This document shows positions 30,116 through 39,665 of a stretch of DNA of 64,000 bases, in pieces. The notes beneath the pieces were generated by a model, which was given only the letters and a program-made list of their open reading frames with translations, was not told where the DNA came from and ran no database searches. Position 1 is the first letter of the stretch; each line of letters begins with the position of its first letter. The position numbers and the translations under genes were made by a program. Origin of the DNA: Candidatus Phycocordibacter aenigmaticus (GTDB taxonomy: Bacteria > Patescibacteriota > Minisyncoccia > Phycocordibacterales > UBA2163); NCBI GenBank assembly GCA_002327585.1, contig DCWL01000006.1:28302-92301 (forward strand), read 5' to 3'.

Positions 30116-32502
30116 AATTTTTTCATTTCTCCCCAATTGAAGCCCATGGATACATCCACTTTAAGTTTAATTCCGTAAATTTCTTTAGGGTCAATTATTG
30201 ATTCCATAATTTTTTTTATCTCATTTGAGATCTCTTTTACCTTTTCTTCTTTTATCTCATATACAAGTTCGTCATGAACTTGTAAAAGAAGAGTAACTTC
30301 TTTTGAAAGATTATTCTCCATAATATATCTGTCAGCACGCGACATTGCAATCTTGATAATGTCTGCCTGTGTGCCCTGAATCGGAGCATTTATCGCCATA
30401 CGCTCAGCGGCAGCCTTAATATAAGGGATTCTGGAATTGATCCCCTCAAAGTGTCTCCTCCTTCCAAAATAGGTTTCTGTAAAGCCATCTCTTGCGGCGT
30501 CTAGCTTTGTTTCATGAATATAGTGAGCGAGTCCGGAGAAAATTTTGAAATATTCATTAAGATATTTCTGTGCTTCAGCACGCGTCGTCCCGAGACTTTC
30601 CCGAAGTGCACTGACTCCCATCCCATACTGAATACCAAAATTAATCACCTTTGCCTCCCTCCTCATTTCTTCGTCAACCCTATCTATTGGTACATTAAAG
30701 ACTTCTGACGCAACTTCAGTGTGAATATCTCCACCCTCTTTGAAATTTTTAATCAACTTTTCATCATGCGAGAGAAAAGCTGCTACTTTAAGTTCAATCT
30801 GGGAGTAATCAAAAGCGACAAGTTTATATCCATCTCTTGCAACAAATGCATTTCTTATATTCCTCCCAAGCTCCGTCCGTATAGGAATGTTCTGTAGATT
30901 CGGATTTTGTGATGACATCCTTCCTGTTGTTGTCCCTGTTTGCAGAAATGTTGTGTGCAAATGATTTTCATCGTCTAGAAGATGCGGAATGTTGTCTATA
31001 TAAGTTGAAAGAAGTTTCTGTAATTGCCGATATGAAAGTATTTCACCTACAATAGGATGCAGATTGGACATTTTCTCAAGTTCGGATTCTCGAGTTGAGC
31101 GCGCGCCTGTTCCAGTTCTTCTTTGATTCTTAGGAGTTAGGCTTAACTTATCAAACAAAACTTCGCCGAGCTGTTTTGGCGAGTTGATGTTAAATTCACC
31201 ACCAGAGTGTTTATATATCTTATTCTTTATTGCAGAGAGTTTCTTATGGTAATCTTCTGAAAGACTTTTTAAATATGCAATGTCGATTGTGATTCCTCTT
31301 TTCTCCATTTTTTCAATTATGGAAATGAGTGGAAGTTCAATTTCTTTGTAAACTTTTTCAAGTTTCTGCTTTTTTATTTCAGCTAATATTTTTTCCTCCG
31401 CATCCTCAAATGAATCAGTGTTTGCAAACTGCAGAATATCTTCAATTGTCGGATTTGTGATGTCTGATTTCAAGAGCCAAAGTGCAATTGTAATTTTTTT
31501 AATTTCTAATTCTGAAATTTCCTCTTTTTTCGACTCAAGTCCAAGGTCGGGCTTTGGATTAGTTTTATTCTCATTGCTAGAAGAAATACCGAAAGCATCT
31601 CGGGCTCTTTGCGATAGTGTTCTGAAGCCAAGTTCTTTGAAAAGTTTAAGAATCTTGTTCACTTCAAGTGCTTGATTCCAGTTTCTTTTAGGTATTTCAA
31701 ATTTTATAGGCACATCAAGGCGGATTGTTGCAAGCATTTTTGAGAACTGAGCCTCTTCTTCATTTTCCTCTAAAATACCTACAATGCGAGGTTTTATACC
31801 AGCTTTTTCAAACTTTTTCTTATCTTTCTTGAGTATTTTGTAAATATCTTCAATGGTGCCGAATTTCTGTATCAACTCCGTTGCGGTCTTTTCTCCAATT
31901 CCGACAACTCCAGGAATATTGTCAGAAGGATCTCCGCGAAGACCTTTATAGTCAATTAAAAACTCAGGTTTAAAGCCAAATCTCTCTTCAACGCCCTTTT
32001 CGTCATAGACAATTGTTTCTTTAATTCCTTTTTTGAGCGTATAGACGCACACTTTTTTATTATTCACCAACTGAAGCGTATCCATGTCGCCAGAGGCGAT
32101 TATAGTATTAATATCTTTCTTGTCTTTAACCTGCTCTACTATAGTTCCCAGTACATCATCTGCTTCAAAGCCCACCTTCTCGTAAATAGGAATACCAAAT
32201 GATTCAAAAATATCTCTTGAGCGATCCATTTGTGCTATGAGTTCATCATCTGTTTTGGGGCGTCCTGCTTTATAGTCTTCGTAAACTTCATGTCTATATG
32301 TAGGTTCCTGTAAATCATAACATGCAGCCAAGTAGTCAGGCTTCAGGTCGGCAATAATTTTCATAAGCATTGAAGACAAGCCATAAAGTGCGCCAGTTGG
32401 TTCGCCTTTGTCTGACGTAAAATCAGGTAGTGCGTGGTATGCCCTATGGAGAATTGCATGGGCATCCAAAAGCACTAATCTTTTTTTCTTTTTCTCGTTC
32501 AT
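30112..32502 (-). CDS. polA: DNA polymerase I
   Basis: 5'-3' exonuclease (EADD, SGDMD, GDPSDNIPGV) plus polymerase motifs DYSQIEL, AKVINFG, QVHDEL. Confidence 0.96.
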   Translation of the reverse strand: MNEKKKKRLVLLDAHAILHRAYHALPDFTSDKGEPTGALYGLSSMLMKIIADLKPDYLAACYDLQEPTYRHEVYEDYKAGRPKTDDELIAQMDRSRDIFESFGIPIYEKVGFEADDVLGTIVEQVKDKKDINTIIASGDMDTLQLVNNKKVCVYTLKKGIKETIVYDEKGVEERFGFKPEFLIDYKGLRGDPSDNIPGVVGIGEKTATELIQKFGTIEDIYKILKKDKKKFEKAGIKPRIVGILEENEEEAQFSKMLATIRLDVPIKFEIPKRNWNQALEVNKILKLFKELGFRTLSQRARDAFGISSSNENKTNPKPDLGLESKKEEISELEIKKITIALWLLKSDITNPTIEDILQFANTDSFEDAEEKILAEIKKQKLEKVYKEIELPLISIIEKMEKRGITIDIAYLKSLSEDYHKKLSAIKNKIYKHSGGEFNINSPKQLGEVLFDKLSLTPKNQRRTGTGARSTRESELEKMSNLHPIVGEILSYRQLQKLLSTYIDNIPHLLDDENHLHTTFLQTGTTTGRMSSQNPNLQNIPIRTELGRNIRNAFVARDGYKLVAFDYSQIELKVAAFLSHDEKLIKNFKEGGDIHTEVASEVFNVPIDRVDEEMRREAKVINFGIQYGMGVSALRESLGTTRAEAQKYLNEYFKIFSGLAHYIHETKLDAARDGFTETYFGRRRHFEGINSRIPYIKAAAERMAINAPIQGTQADIIKIAMSRADRYIMENNLSKEVTLLLQVHDELVYEIKEEKVKEISNEIKKIMESIIDPKEIYGIKLKVDVSMGFNWGEMKKL

Positions 32503-32603
32503 ATGATGATTTTACCATAAAATCTAAATTAGAATTTGCAATAAAAAAAGGACCTTCACATACATAGATAGCATGTTCCGGCCCTTAATTAAAATATACT
32601 TAT

Positions 32604-32984
32604 TTACGATTTTTTTTCTTCTGACTTAGATATAGCTTCATTTCTCATTTCAAATACATCGTCAGAAGCTTCTTGGAGAACTTTGATAAGTTTGTCTACA
32701 AAATATTTGAACTTATCAGCATCGTTGGCTGTAATAAATCCAACCCTTTCGTAAAGGTTAATCGTCTCAACAAGAATATAACCTTCTATTACTTTTGATT
32801 CGAAAAACATCCAAGCTGCAGTCAAATTTCCTGGAACTTCCTCTGGGGTAAAATGTAACTCCTTAGATGAAGACACTATAGATTCAATAGCTTTGACCCT
32901 GTCAGATTTTCCCTCTGCAAACGAATTAGCAGAGAAAAAAGAAGTAACTGCGACCAACATAACAACCAACAAAATATTTTTCAT
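32604..32984 (-). CDS. secreted orphan protein (SD-led cassette)
   Basis: Signal peptide ending SFA; TTGACA-17-TATGCT promoter, GTTCTTT box, GAAAGGAG SD, terminator. Confidence 0.75.
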   Translation of the reverse strand: MKNILLVVMLVAVTSFFSANSFAEGKSDRVKAIESIVSSSKELHFTPEEVPGNLTAAWMFFESKVIEGYILVETINLYERVGFITANDADKFKYFVDKLIKVLQEASDDVFEMRNEAISKSEEKKS

Positions 32985-33072
32985 TTTTGATCTCCTTTCA
33001 AGAGATTAAATGTGAAAAAGATAAAAAGAACTTAATTAACTATGAATAGCATAGCATATTTAGATATATTTG

Positions 33073-33498
33073 TCAAGTACTAATTTCCCTGGTATTTTCG
33101 TCTATGAATTTAAAGTGTATTTCCTGTTTGTTTTCAGGTAATATATCTTTCACATTTTCCGGCCATTCTATGAAAATTAGATTCTTTGGATTCTCTAAGA
33201 TTTCTTTCCAACCTAATTGCTTTAACTCTTCTCCTTCCTTTAAGCGATATGCATCTATATGAATAAGGTAATCAAAATTTTTATCTTCTATTTTATATAT
33301 CTTTTCAATAACAAAAGTCGGACTTGTAACGGTTTTCTCAAGTCCGAATGTTTTGGCAATATATTTCACAAATGTTGTTTTCCCTGAACCAAGCTCCCCA
33401 TAAAGAGTAATGACTAAAGCAGTATCTTTGTTAGGCACAAGATTTTTAATAAATTCTTTTGCAATTTTTTCAGTTTCCTTTAAACTTTTTGCTGTCAT
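33073..33498 (-). CDS. tsaE: tRNA threonylcarbamoyladenosine biosynthesis ATPase TsaE
   Basis: GELGSGKTTF, SPTF, HIDAYRL, IEWPE. Confidence 0.95.
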   Translation of the reverse strand: MTAKSLKETEKIAKEFIKNLVPNKDTALVITLYGELGSGKTTFVKYIAKTFGLEKTVTSPTFVIEKIYKIEDKNFDYLIHIDAYRLKEGEELKQLGWKEILENPKNLIFIEWPENVKDILPENKQEIHFKFIDENTREIST

Positions 33499-33515
33499 AA
33501 ATATAATTTTAACAT

Positions 33516-33550
33516 AAAAAAGGGGAGATCTTTTTAGACTCTCCCCTTTT
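33516..33550. terminator. bidirectional terminator
   Basis: AAAAGGGGAGA...TCTCCCCTTTT. Confidence 0.75.
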
Positions 33551-33555
33551 GTACA

Positions 33556-33966
33556 TCATCCTCTTTTCCTTATTCTTCCATAATCTCTTACTTCAAAAGA
33601 GATTACGTCATTGTCGCGCCTAGATACTCGGACTCTCTCCGTGTATGACTTTGGCGCTTTTCCTTTTCTTTTGATTGTAATAATTACAGAATACTCAACT
33701 CTACGAGTTGTGCTCCCTGGAAAAACAAAAGTATGATAATCCCCCGGGCCTAAATTTGACTTTTTGCTTACACTGGAGTTGATGTCCACATAAGCATCTT
33801 CCATATTGTTGCTCACAGTAACTTCTGTGTATGGATAAATAAAAGACCTTACGGGCCAGGAATAACTTACTGTGCTTGTCTTTCCTGTATTATATACACA
33901 CCCCCCACTCATCCCGAACACAACTACTAAAAGTATTGACAAAGCCAAAAATTTAACTTTCATCAC
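33556..33966 (-). CDS. orphan putative lipoprotein (SD-led cassette)
   Basis: Signal peptide with SGG-C lipobox-like site; TTGACA-16-TATAAT; AAAGGAGG SD. Confidence 0.7.
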   Translation of the reverse strand: MMKVKFLALSILLVVVFGMSGGCVYNTGKTSTVSYSWPVRSFIYPYTEVTVSNNMEDAYVDINSSVSKKSNLGPGDYHTFVFPGSTTRRVEYSVIITIKRKGKAPKSYTERVRVSRRDNDVISFEVRDYGRIRKRG

Positions 33967-34153
33967 TTCCTCCTTTAAAGAAAAATAGATTATAAATATA
34001 AATAAGATTTCAAGTCTGTATTCATTATATCATATCTACCAATTTTGTCAATATATACCGTATTATTGACTTCTTGACCGAATCAGCATATTCTAATTAT
34101 GGAGTGCTCTTTTAAAATTTTCAGAATGTTTTATAAAAAAGGAGGCAAATGTT

Positions 34154-34474
34154 ATGTTCAAAAAAATCCTATTTATAGTAATACTGACAGTATTTATAGC
34201 TGGTTTTACAAGTATGCAGCAGAAAGCATCTGCGGACCCAAAAGATAATTTAGCAAAATCGTCAGTTGGCATAGTCGCTGGTTGGACGGAAACGGCAATT
34301 TACCCTATGCAACAAGCAGCAAAACCTGGATGGGCCGGCAAAGTGTTGTTTCCGGTTAATGTTGGTGTTGGAGCGGCAAAAGCGGCCGTACGTACAGGTA
34401 TAGGTGCTATTGATTTAGTAACATTTTTCAAAGAGAAGAACATTGTGGACAGCTGGCCGGGAGAAGATTTATAG
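34154..34474 (+). CDS. secreted/membrane protein resembling TIGR04073 family
   Basis: Signal peptide, GWTE motif, G..K...R...G..DLVTF; TTGACT-17-TATTCT promoter, boxA-like, AAAGGAGG SD. Confidence 0.7.
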   Translation: MFKKILFIVILTVFIAGFTSMQQKASADPKDNLAKSSVGIVAGWTETAIYPMQQAAKPGWAGKVLFPVNVGVGAAKAAVRTGIGAIDLVTFFKEKNIVDSWPGEDL

Positions 34475-34610
34475 TAAAAATTGTTTTAAAACAATCAGTC
34501 TGAGCACTCATAGGCCTAATCTTTATGGATTGGGCTTTTTTTATATTTTAAAAAAATGATATTATTTAAATTAAGACAAAGAGATCTTTTTAAAATCTAG
34601 AAGGAGGGAG

Positions 34611-35027
34611 GTGGGAATAATGAAACGAGCTTTGTATTACATATTTATTATTTTCATTTTTACAGTATTTTCATACACAACTCAAGCTTCAAATAAAATA
34701 AATATTAATATTCAGAAACAAGAAAAGAGTTCTATTGAAAATAGAATTGAAGGTGTTGTGGATGTGTTGTTCGGTTGGACAGAAATAGTTACAACTCCAG
34801 CAAAGGGGGCAAAAAAATATGGTTTATTTGGTTTTTTCGGTGGAGTTGTAATCTCTCCACTTAAAATGACAATAAAAATAGTAGATGGTTTTGGTAAAAT
34901 CGCCAGTGGCAGTAATAGAAAAGAGAAGAGTATTGAGAAGATTCAAATTGATATTGAGAAGGAGTTGGAAGAGTTTCTCAAAGAAGATGAGGATTTAGTT
35001 GAAAATAAAATACTTTCTTTAGAGTAA
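34611..35027 (+). CDS. second GWTE-motif paralog (TIGR04073-like)
   Basis: Signal peptide, GVVDVLFGWTEIVTTP, Gly-rich segment; AAGGAGGGAGG SD; terminator 35046-35073. Confidence 0.65.
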   Translation: MGIMKRALYYIFIIFIFTVFSYTTQASNKININIQKQEKSSIENRIEGVVDVLFGWTEIVTTPAKGAKKYGLFGFFGGVVISPLKMTIKIVDGFGKIASGSNRKEKSIEKIQIDIEKELEEFLKEDEDLVENKILSLE

Positions 35028-35157
35028 AATAATTAATGTGCCATGAGGTCTAGCTATAAAAATAGCTAGGCCTATTGTTTTGTTTGTAAGGATAACCACA
35101 CAATTTATGCATAAAGCAACATTGTCAGTTCATAAAAAAGACGCTATATTGAAAGAA

Positions 35158-36834
35158 ATGGTCACTTTTGACGAAACAAAATCTAATAAAAAGATAGAGG
35201 AACTCCATAAAAAAGAGGAGGAGGAGTTGGCAAAAATTCTCTCAAGTAAGTATAAATTGCAGTATATTGACCTTTCCCGCGTACCTATAAATACCGACGC
35301 TCTCGGACTTATAAATGAGGATGTCGCCAAAAGTGCTGAAATGGCAATCTTTAATAAAATCGGCAAAAAACTTTCCATTGCTATACGCTCCCCAAATAAA
35401 GAAGAAGCTGTAACCGCAATAAAAAAGCTTGAGGATAGAGGATATAAACCAACGATTTTTATGGCATCATCAGGTAGTATAAAACGCGCAATCAAGCGTT
35501 ACGCTGACATATCTTTTGCAACGAAAACAAAAGCTGGTGTTCTTGATATATCAGGAGATGAAATAAGTAATATTTTAAATGAATTAAAAAATATAGATGA
35601 TATAAAAAAACTCATAGAAGAAACTCTTCAAATGAAGAAAGCTCGTAAGATTTCCAGGATACTTGAAGTAATTCTTGCTGGAGGGCTCTCATCCAGAGCA
35701 TCAGATGTTCATATTGAGCCAGCAGAACTTTCTGTACGCCTGAGGTATCGTCTTGACGGTGTTTTAATTGATATTACAGAGCTTGACACTCAAACTTTCA
35801 ATCTTCTTCTCTCCAGAATAAAACTCACCTCAGGACTTAAAATAAATATTAAAGACAAAGCGCAGGATGGCAGATTTTCCGTTCACATTGACCAAAATAA
35901 TATTGAGATAAGAACATCAGTGCTTCCCGGCGCATACGGCGAATCAGTTGTTTTAAGAATTCTAAATCCGGAAACAATAGCTCTTTCCATGGAAGAACTT
36001 GGGATAGAAAAAAAGCTCTTTGATTTCCTTGAAAAAGAAATTAAAAAGCCCAACGGAATGATCTTAACCACAGGCCCTACTGGCTCAGGAAAAACAACGA
36101 CACTTTATGGTTTTTTGAGAAAAATCCAAACACCTGAGAAAAAAGTGATTACGATTGAGGACCCGATTGAATATCATCTTGCTGGGATAGTACAAACGCA
36201 AGTCGACGAAAAAAAATATACTTTCGGAAATGGATTGCGCTCGGCACTCCGTCAGGACCCGGACATAATAATGGTTGGTGAAATAAGAGATGAGGATGTT
36301 GCGGGAACTGCGATAAATGCTGCGCTGACGGGGCATTTGGTTTTCTCAACACTTCATACAAACAATGCGGCAGGCTCATTTCCCCGTCTTGTTGATCTGG
36401 GAGTGAATCCTAAAGTTATAAGTTCCGCGGTAAATATCGTCATCGCGCAACGTCTTGTAAGAAAACTCTGTGATGCATGTAAAAAAGAAGTTCTACTTAA
36501 TGAAGATAAAAAAGGAATAATTAAAAATATTTTAAATTCTATTGTTGAGAAGAAAAGTGTTCCGGAGGAGATTTCAAAAATCTGGGAAGCGGAAGGATGT
36601 GATGAGTGCAACAATACAGGTTACAAAGGAAGAATTGGAATATTTGAAGCTATAATAATGGATTCAGATATTGAAGTTCTTGTTAAGAAAAGCGCGAGCG
36701 AACGTGAAATAAGTGACGCATCAAAAAAGCAGAAGCTTTTTACAATTCAGCAAGACGGTGTTTTGAAAGTTTTAAAAGGTGTAACGTCGCTTGATGAACT
36801 TCAGAGAGTTGTGGAGCTTGAAGGTCCTTTATAA
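35158..36834 (+). CDS. pilB: GspE/PilB type IV pilus assembly ATPase
   Basis: ASDVHIEP, QDGRF, GPTGSGKTTT, LRQDPD, TGHLVFSTLHTN, tetra-Cys; start trimmed. Confidence 0.92.
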   Translation: MVTFDETKSNKKIEELHKKEEEELAKILSSKYKLQYIDLSRVPINTDALGLINEDVAKSAEMAIFNKIGKKLSIAIRSPNKEEAVTAIKKLEDRGYKPTIFMASSGSIKRAIKRYADISFATKTKAGVLDISGDEISNILNELKNIDDIKKLIEETLQMKKARKISRILEVILAGGLSSRASDVHIEPAELSVRLRYRLDGVLIDITELDTQTFNLLLSRIKLTSGLKINIKDKAQDGRFSVHIDQNNIEIRTSVLPGAYGESVVLRILNPETIALSMEELGIEKKLFDFLEKEIKKPNGMILTTGPTGSGKTTTLYGFLRKIQTPEKKVITIEDPIEYHLAGIVQTQVDEKKYTFGNGLRSALRQDPDIIMVGEIRDEDVAGTAINAALTGHLVFSTLHTNNAAGSFPRLVDLGVNPKVISSAVNIVIAQRLVRKLCDACKKEVLLNEDKKGIIKNILNSIVEKKSVPEEISKIWEAEGCDECNNTGYKGRIGIFEAIIMDSDIEVLVKKSASEREISDASKKQKLFTIQQDGVLKVLKGVTSLDELQRVVELEGPL

Positions 36835-36871
36835 AAGATTTGCCTCCGCAAGCTTCGCTTGCTATAGCGAG

Positions 36872-37029
36872 ACAAGTCCAGATCATGAATCTCTAAGCAA
36901 TGCTTTTAATAGTGATACTAAAAGTGAGCACCTCATTTGAGGATAGCTCGAGCGAACCTAACCAAAGTCAGAACCAAAACGTCCTTAACAAGGGCATCGA
37001 TTTGCTTAGAGATTCATGCTCTTGATTGT
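36872..37029 (-). ncRNA. candidate structured sRNA (possibly 6S-like)
   Basis: Perfect 17-bp terminal stem 36884-36900/37002-37018 extendable to ~28 bp, internal hairpins, TTGACA-17-TACATT promoter at 37062-37034. Confidence 0.55.
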
Positions 37030-37055
37030 ATGTAATGTAGCATAAAAAATAGCTT

Positions 37056-38081
37056 ATGTCAAGTCAAAAAAAGAAGCCGTCCCTTTCTGAAAACAACTCC
37101 AAACCTTCTCTGGACAATACCTTACGTCCGAAGAGCTGGGATGAGTATGTCGGGCAGGTGAATATAAAAAAGAATTTGAGAATTCTCTTAACCGCGGCTA
37201 AAGAGCGTAGTCATCCACCGGAACATATTTTGTTTTACGGTCCGCCAGGGCTTGGAAAGACAACACTCGCTCATTTGATTTCAAAAGAACTCGGGGTGCA
37301 AGTGCGTGTAACCTCTGGTCCTGCAATTGAAAAGATTGGAGATCTGGCTGCGGTTTTGACAAACCTTGGTGATGGAGACATTTTATTCATTGATGAAGTT
37401 CATCGCCTTAATAAAACAATTGAAGAAGTTCTCTACCCTGCAATGGAGTCCGGAGCAATAGATATAATAATAGGTAAAGGTCCATCTGCGCGAACAATCC
37501 AGCTTGAGCTTTCTGCCTTTACATTAATTGCTGCAACCACGCGTATTGCGCTTCTCTCCGCTCCACTCCGCTCCCGATTCTCTGGTGGAATATTTCGTCT
37601 GAATTTCTACAGTCAGGACGAGATAGAGGATATTCTCAACCGCTCTTCTAAAATTTTAGGAGTTGAAGTTGGTGATGTGGCAATTTCCGAGATTTCAAAA
37701 CGCAGCCGTTTCACACCAAGAGTCGCTAATTATCTTCTGAAGCGCTGCCGAGACTTTGCGCAAGTAAACAGAAAAACTCTCTCAAAAGAACAAGTTGGTA
37801 AGGCTCTTTCACTTTTGGAGATTGATGAGTTAGGACTGAATTCAGTAGACAGAAAAATTCTTGAAATTATAATAACCAAATTTAGCGGAGGACCTGTCGG
37901 GTTAAACACTCTTTCGGCCGCCATTTCAGAAGAGCAGGCGACTATTGAGGAGGTGCATGAACCCTACCTTATACAGCTCGGGCTTCTACAGAGAACTCCA
38001 CGCGGACGCATTGCGACAGAGCATGCATACAAACATTTAGGATATAAAGTTCCAAAAAATATGCAGGAAAAATTACTATAA
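37056..38081 (+). CDS. ruvB: Holliday junction branch migration helicase RuvB
   Basis: LRP, GPPGLGKTTLA, FIDEVHRL, GATT-like AATTR, EPYL, RTPRGR. Confidence 0.97.
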   Translation: MSSQKKKPSLSENNSKPSLDNTLRPKSWDEYVGQVNIKKNLRILLTAAKERSHPPEHILFYGPPGLGKTTLAHLISKELGVQVRVTSGPAIEKIGDLAAVLTNLGDGDILFIDEVHRLNKTIEEVLYPAMESGAIDIIIGKGPSARTIQLELSAFTLIAATTRIALLSAPLRSRFSGGIFRLNFYSQDEIEDILNRSSKILGVEVGDVAISEISKRSRFTPRVANYLLKRCRDFAQVNRKTLSKEQVGKALSLLEIDELGLNSVDRKILEIIITKFSGGPVGLNTLSAAISEEQATIEEVHEPYLIQLGLLQRTPRGRIATEHAYKHLGYKVPKNMQEKLL

Positions 38082-38084
38082 ACT

Positions 38085-38612
38085 ATGTCTGGTCACAGCA
38101 AATGGTCAAAAATAAAACACAAGAAAGCACTTACTGATGCCAAAAAAAGCAAAGTATTTTCAAAACTTGTTCGGTTTATTGAAGTTGAGTCAAAAAAAGC
38201 GGGGGGTGATGTAGAATCCCCTGGAGTGCGCCTTGCGATTGAGAGGGCGCGCGCCGCAAATATGCCCTCGAACAACATCAATCGCGCGATAGCCAAAGGA
38301 AAAGAGGGAGGGGGTGCGAATATGGAGAATGTTCTTTACGAGGCCTACGGGCCAGGAGGTTCTGCAATAATAATTGAAGGCCTCACCGACAGTAGAAACA
38401 GAACTGCCGCGGAGATAAAATATTTACTTAACAAGCATGGAACCCAACTCGCTGCGCAAGGCGCGGCAGCTTGGGCATTTGAAAAAGTTGACGAGAAGTG
38501 GAGTCCCAAAACAGTCGTTTCAATTTCAGAGGAAGATGGTGAAAAACTTATGAAACTCATCGAAGAACTTGAAGACCACGACGACGTGCAGGGGGTGTAT
38601 ATAAACGTGTAG
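38085..38612 (+). CDS. yebC: YebC/PmpR family protein (short form)
   Basis: MSGHSKWSKIKHKK, YEAYGPGG, TDSRNRT, LEDHDDVQ. Confidence 0.93.
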   Translation: MSGHSKWSKIKHKKALTDAKKSKVFSKLVRFIEVESKKAGGDVESPGVRLAIERARAANMPSNNINRAIAKGKEGGGANMENVLYEAYGPGGSAIIIEGLTDSRNRTAAEIKYLLNKHGTQLAAQGAAAWAFEKVDEKWSPKTVVSISEEDGEKLMKLIEELEDHDDVQGVYINV

Positions 38613-38671
38613 ATAAGTTATAAGATTAACTCTAACTTTATATTCCTCAGCACAATATTTATTACCATTAA

Positions 38672-39118
38672 AATAAAAAAGATCACCATATTTTTGGTGA
38701 TCCTATCTCTTTTACTCTTATTATAATGACACTCCCAAGAGGAAACAAAACTTCTTGCTCCTCTTGGGGCGTCAGACAGTTGCAACTCGACCCTAGTTGC
38801 CGGCGTGCCCCATTACGTACAAGCTCCGATGTGTAAGACTGTCACTACACTGGCTTGATTCCGACGTGCCTCGGTACAGCAATTCCTTGTTTATGCTCCA
38901 TGGATGAGTGACCGAGAAATCATCCCATGCGCCCAAGTCAACCTGACTTGGAATTCGACACATTACTATGTCTCCTATTGTATAGTTATGTATTCCTATA
39001 CAACCCTAATGAGTGCTCACCCATAACCGGAGGGCTTCTTTCTGTGGTTTCCTGCAAGTATCCCATCAGCGACACTTGCAACTAATATAATATTAGCCAC
39101 TTAAAGTACTAACTGTGG
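38672..39118 (-). ncRNA. candidate large structured RNA (~440 nt), may include a 56-aa ORF at 38793-38963
   Basis: TTGACA-17-TAAACT promoter, series of hairpins with G-U pairs favouring minus strand, terminator GATCACCA/TGGTGATC plus T-run. Confidence 0.55.
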
Positions 39119-39185
39119 ATAGTTTAGCATGCTTTATTTTATTTGTCAAGGAGTAAAACCTCTTCCTAAAATGTACTATGTACAT

Positions 39186-39665
39186 ATGACTATATTATCT
39201 ATAGATCCAGGATATGAGAGAGTTGGAATTTCTATATTAGAAAAAACTAATAATAAAGAAAAGCTTATTTATTCTGATTGTTTTAAAACATCTGCAGAGC
39301 TTCCTTTTTTGGAACGACTTAAAAAGATAAGTGACGAAGTTGAAAGGATTATAAAAAAATATAAGCCAGGTGTGCTTGCGATTGAAAAACTTTTTTTCAA
39401 TACGAATCAAAAAACCGCGACGCGGGTTAGCGAGGTTCGTGGGGCACTTTTATACATTGCAAAAGTAAACAAAATGGATGTATATGAATACACGCCACTT
39501 CAGATAAAAGTCGCGACAACCGGAAACGGCCACGGTGATAAAAAACAAGTCATCGCAATGGTTAAAAATCTTATTCCAATAGATAAAGAGATTGAGCACG
39601 ACGACGAATTTGATGCAATTGCTGTAGGACTTACCTGTATTGCCTCCGAAAGAAATCTTATTTAA
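39186..39665 (+). CDS. ruvC: crossover junction endodeoxyribonuclease RuvC
   Basis: ILSIDPG, AIEKLFF, EYTPLQIK, DDEFDAIAVGL; start trimmed. Confidence 0.95.
   Translation: MTILSIDPGYERVGISILEKTNNKEKLIYSDCFKTSAELPFLERLKKISDEVERIIKKYKPGVLAIEKLFFNTNQKTATRVSEVRGALLYIAKVNKMDVYEYTPLQIKVATTGNGHGDKKQVIAMVKNLIPIDKEIEHDDEFDAIAVGLTCIASERNLI

Noticed and set aside
30112-32502. Short PolA with little or no 3'-5' exonuclease domain
   Set aside because: Reduced proofreading domains are common in PolA, so this is not novel.
38727-39080. tmRNA, RNase P RNA or a second hammerhead
   Set aside because: No tRNA-like ends, no GAGGAAAGUCC; the CTGATGG...GAAAC segment lacks the invariant core A and proper stems.
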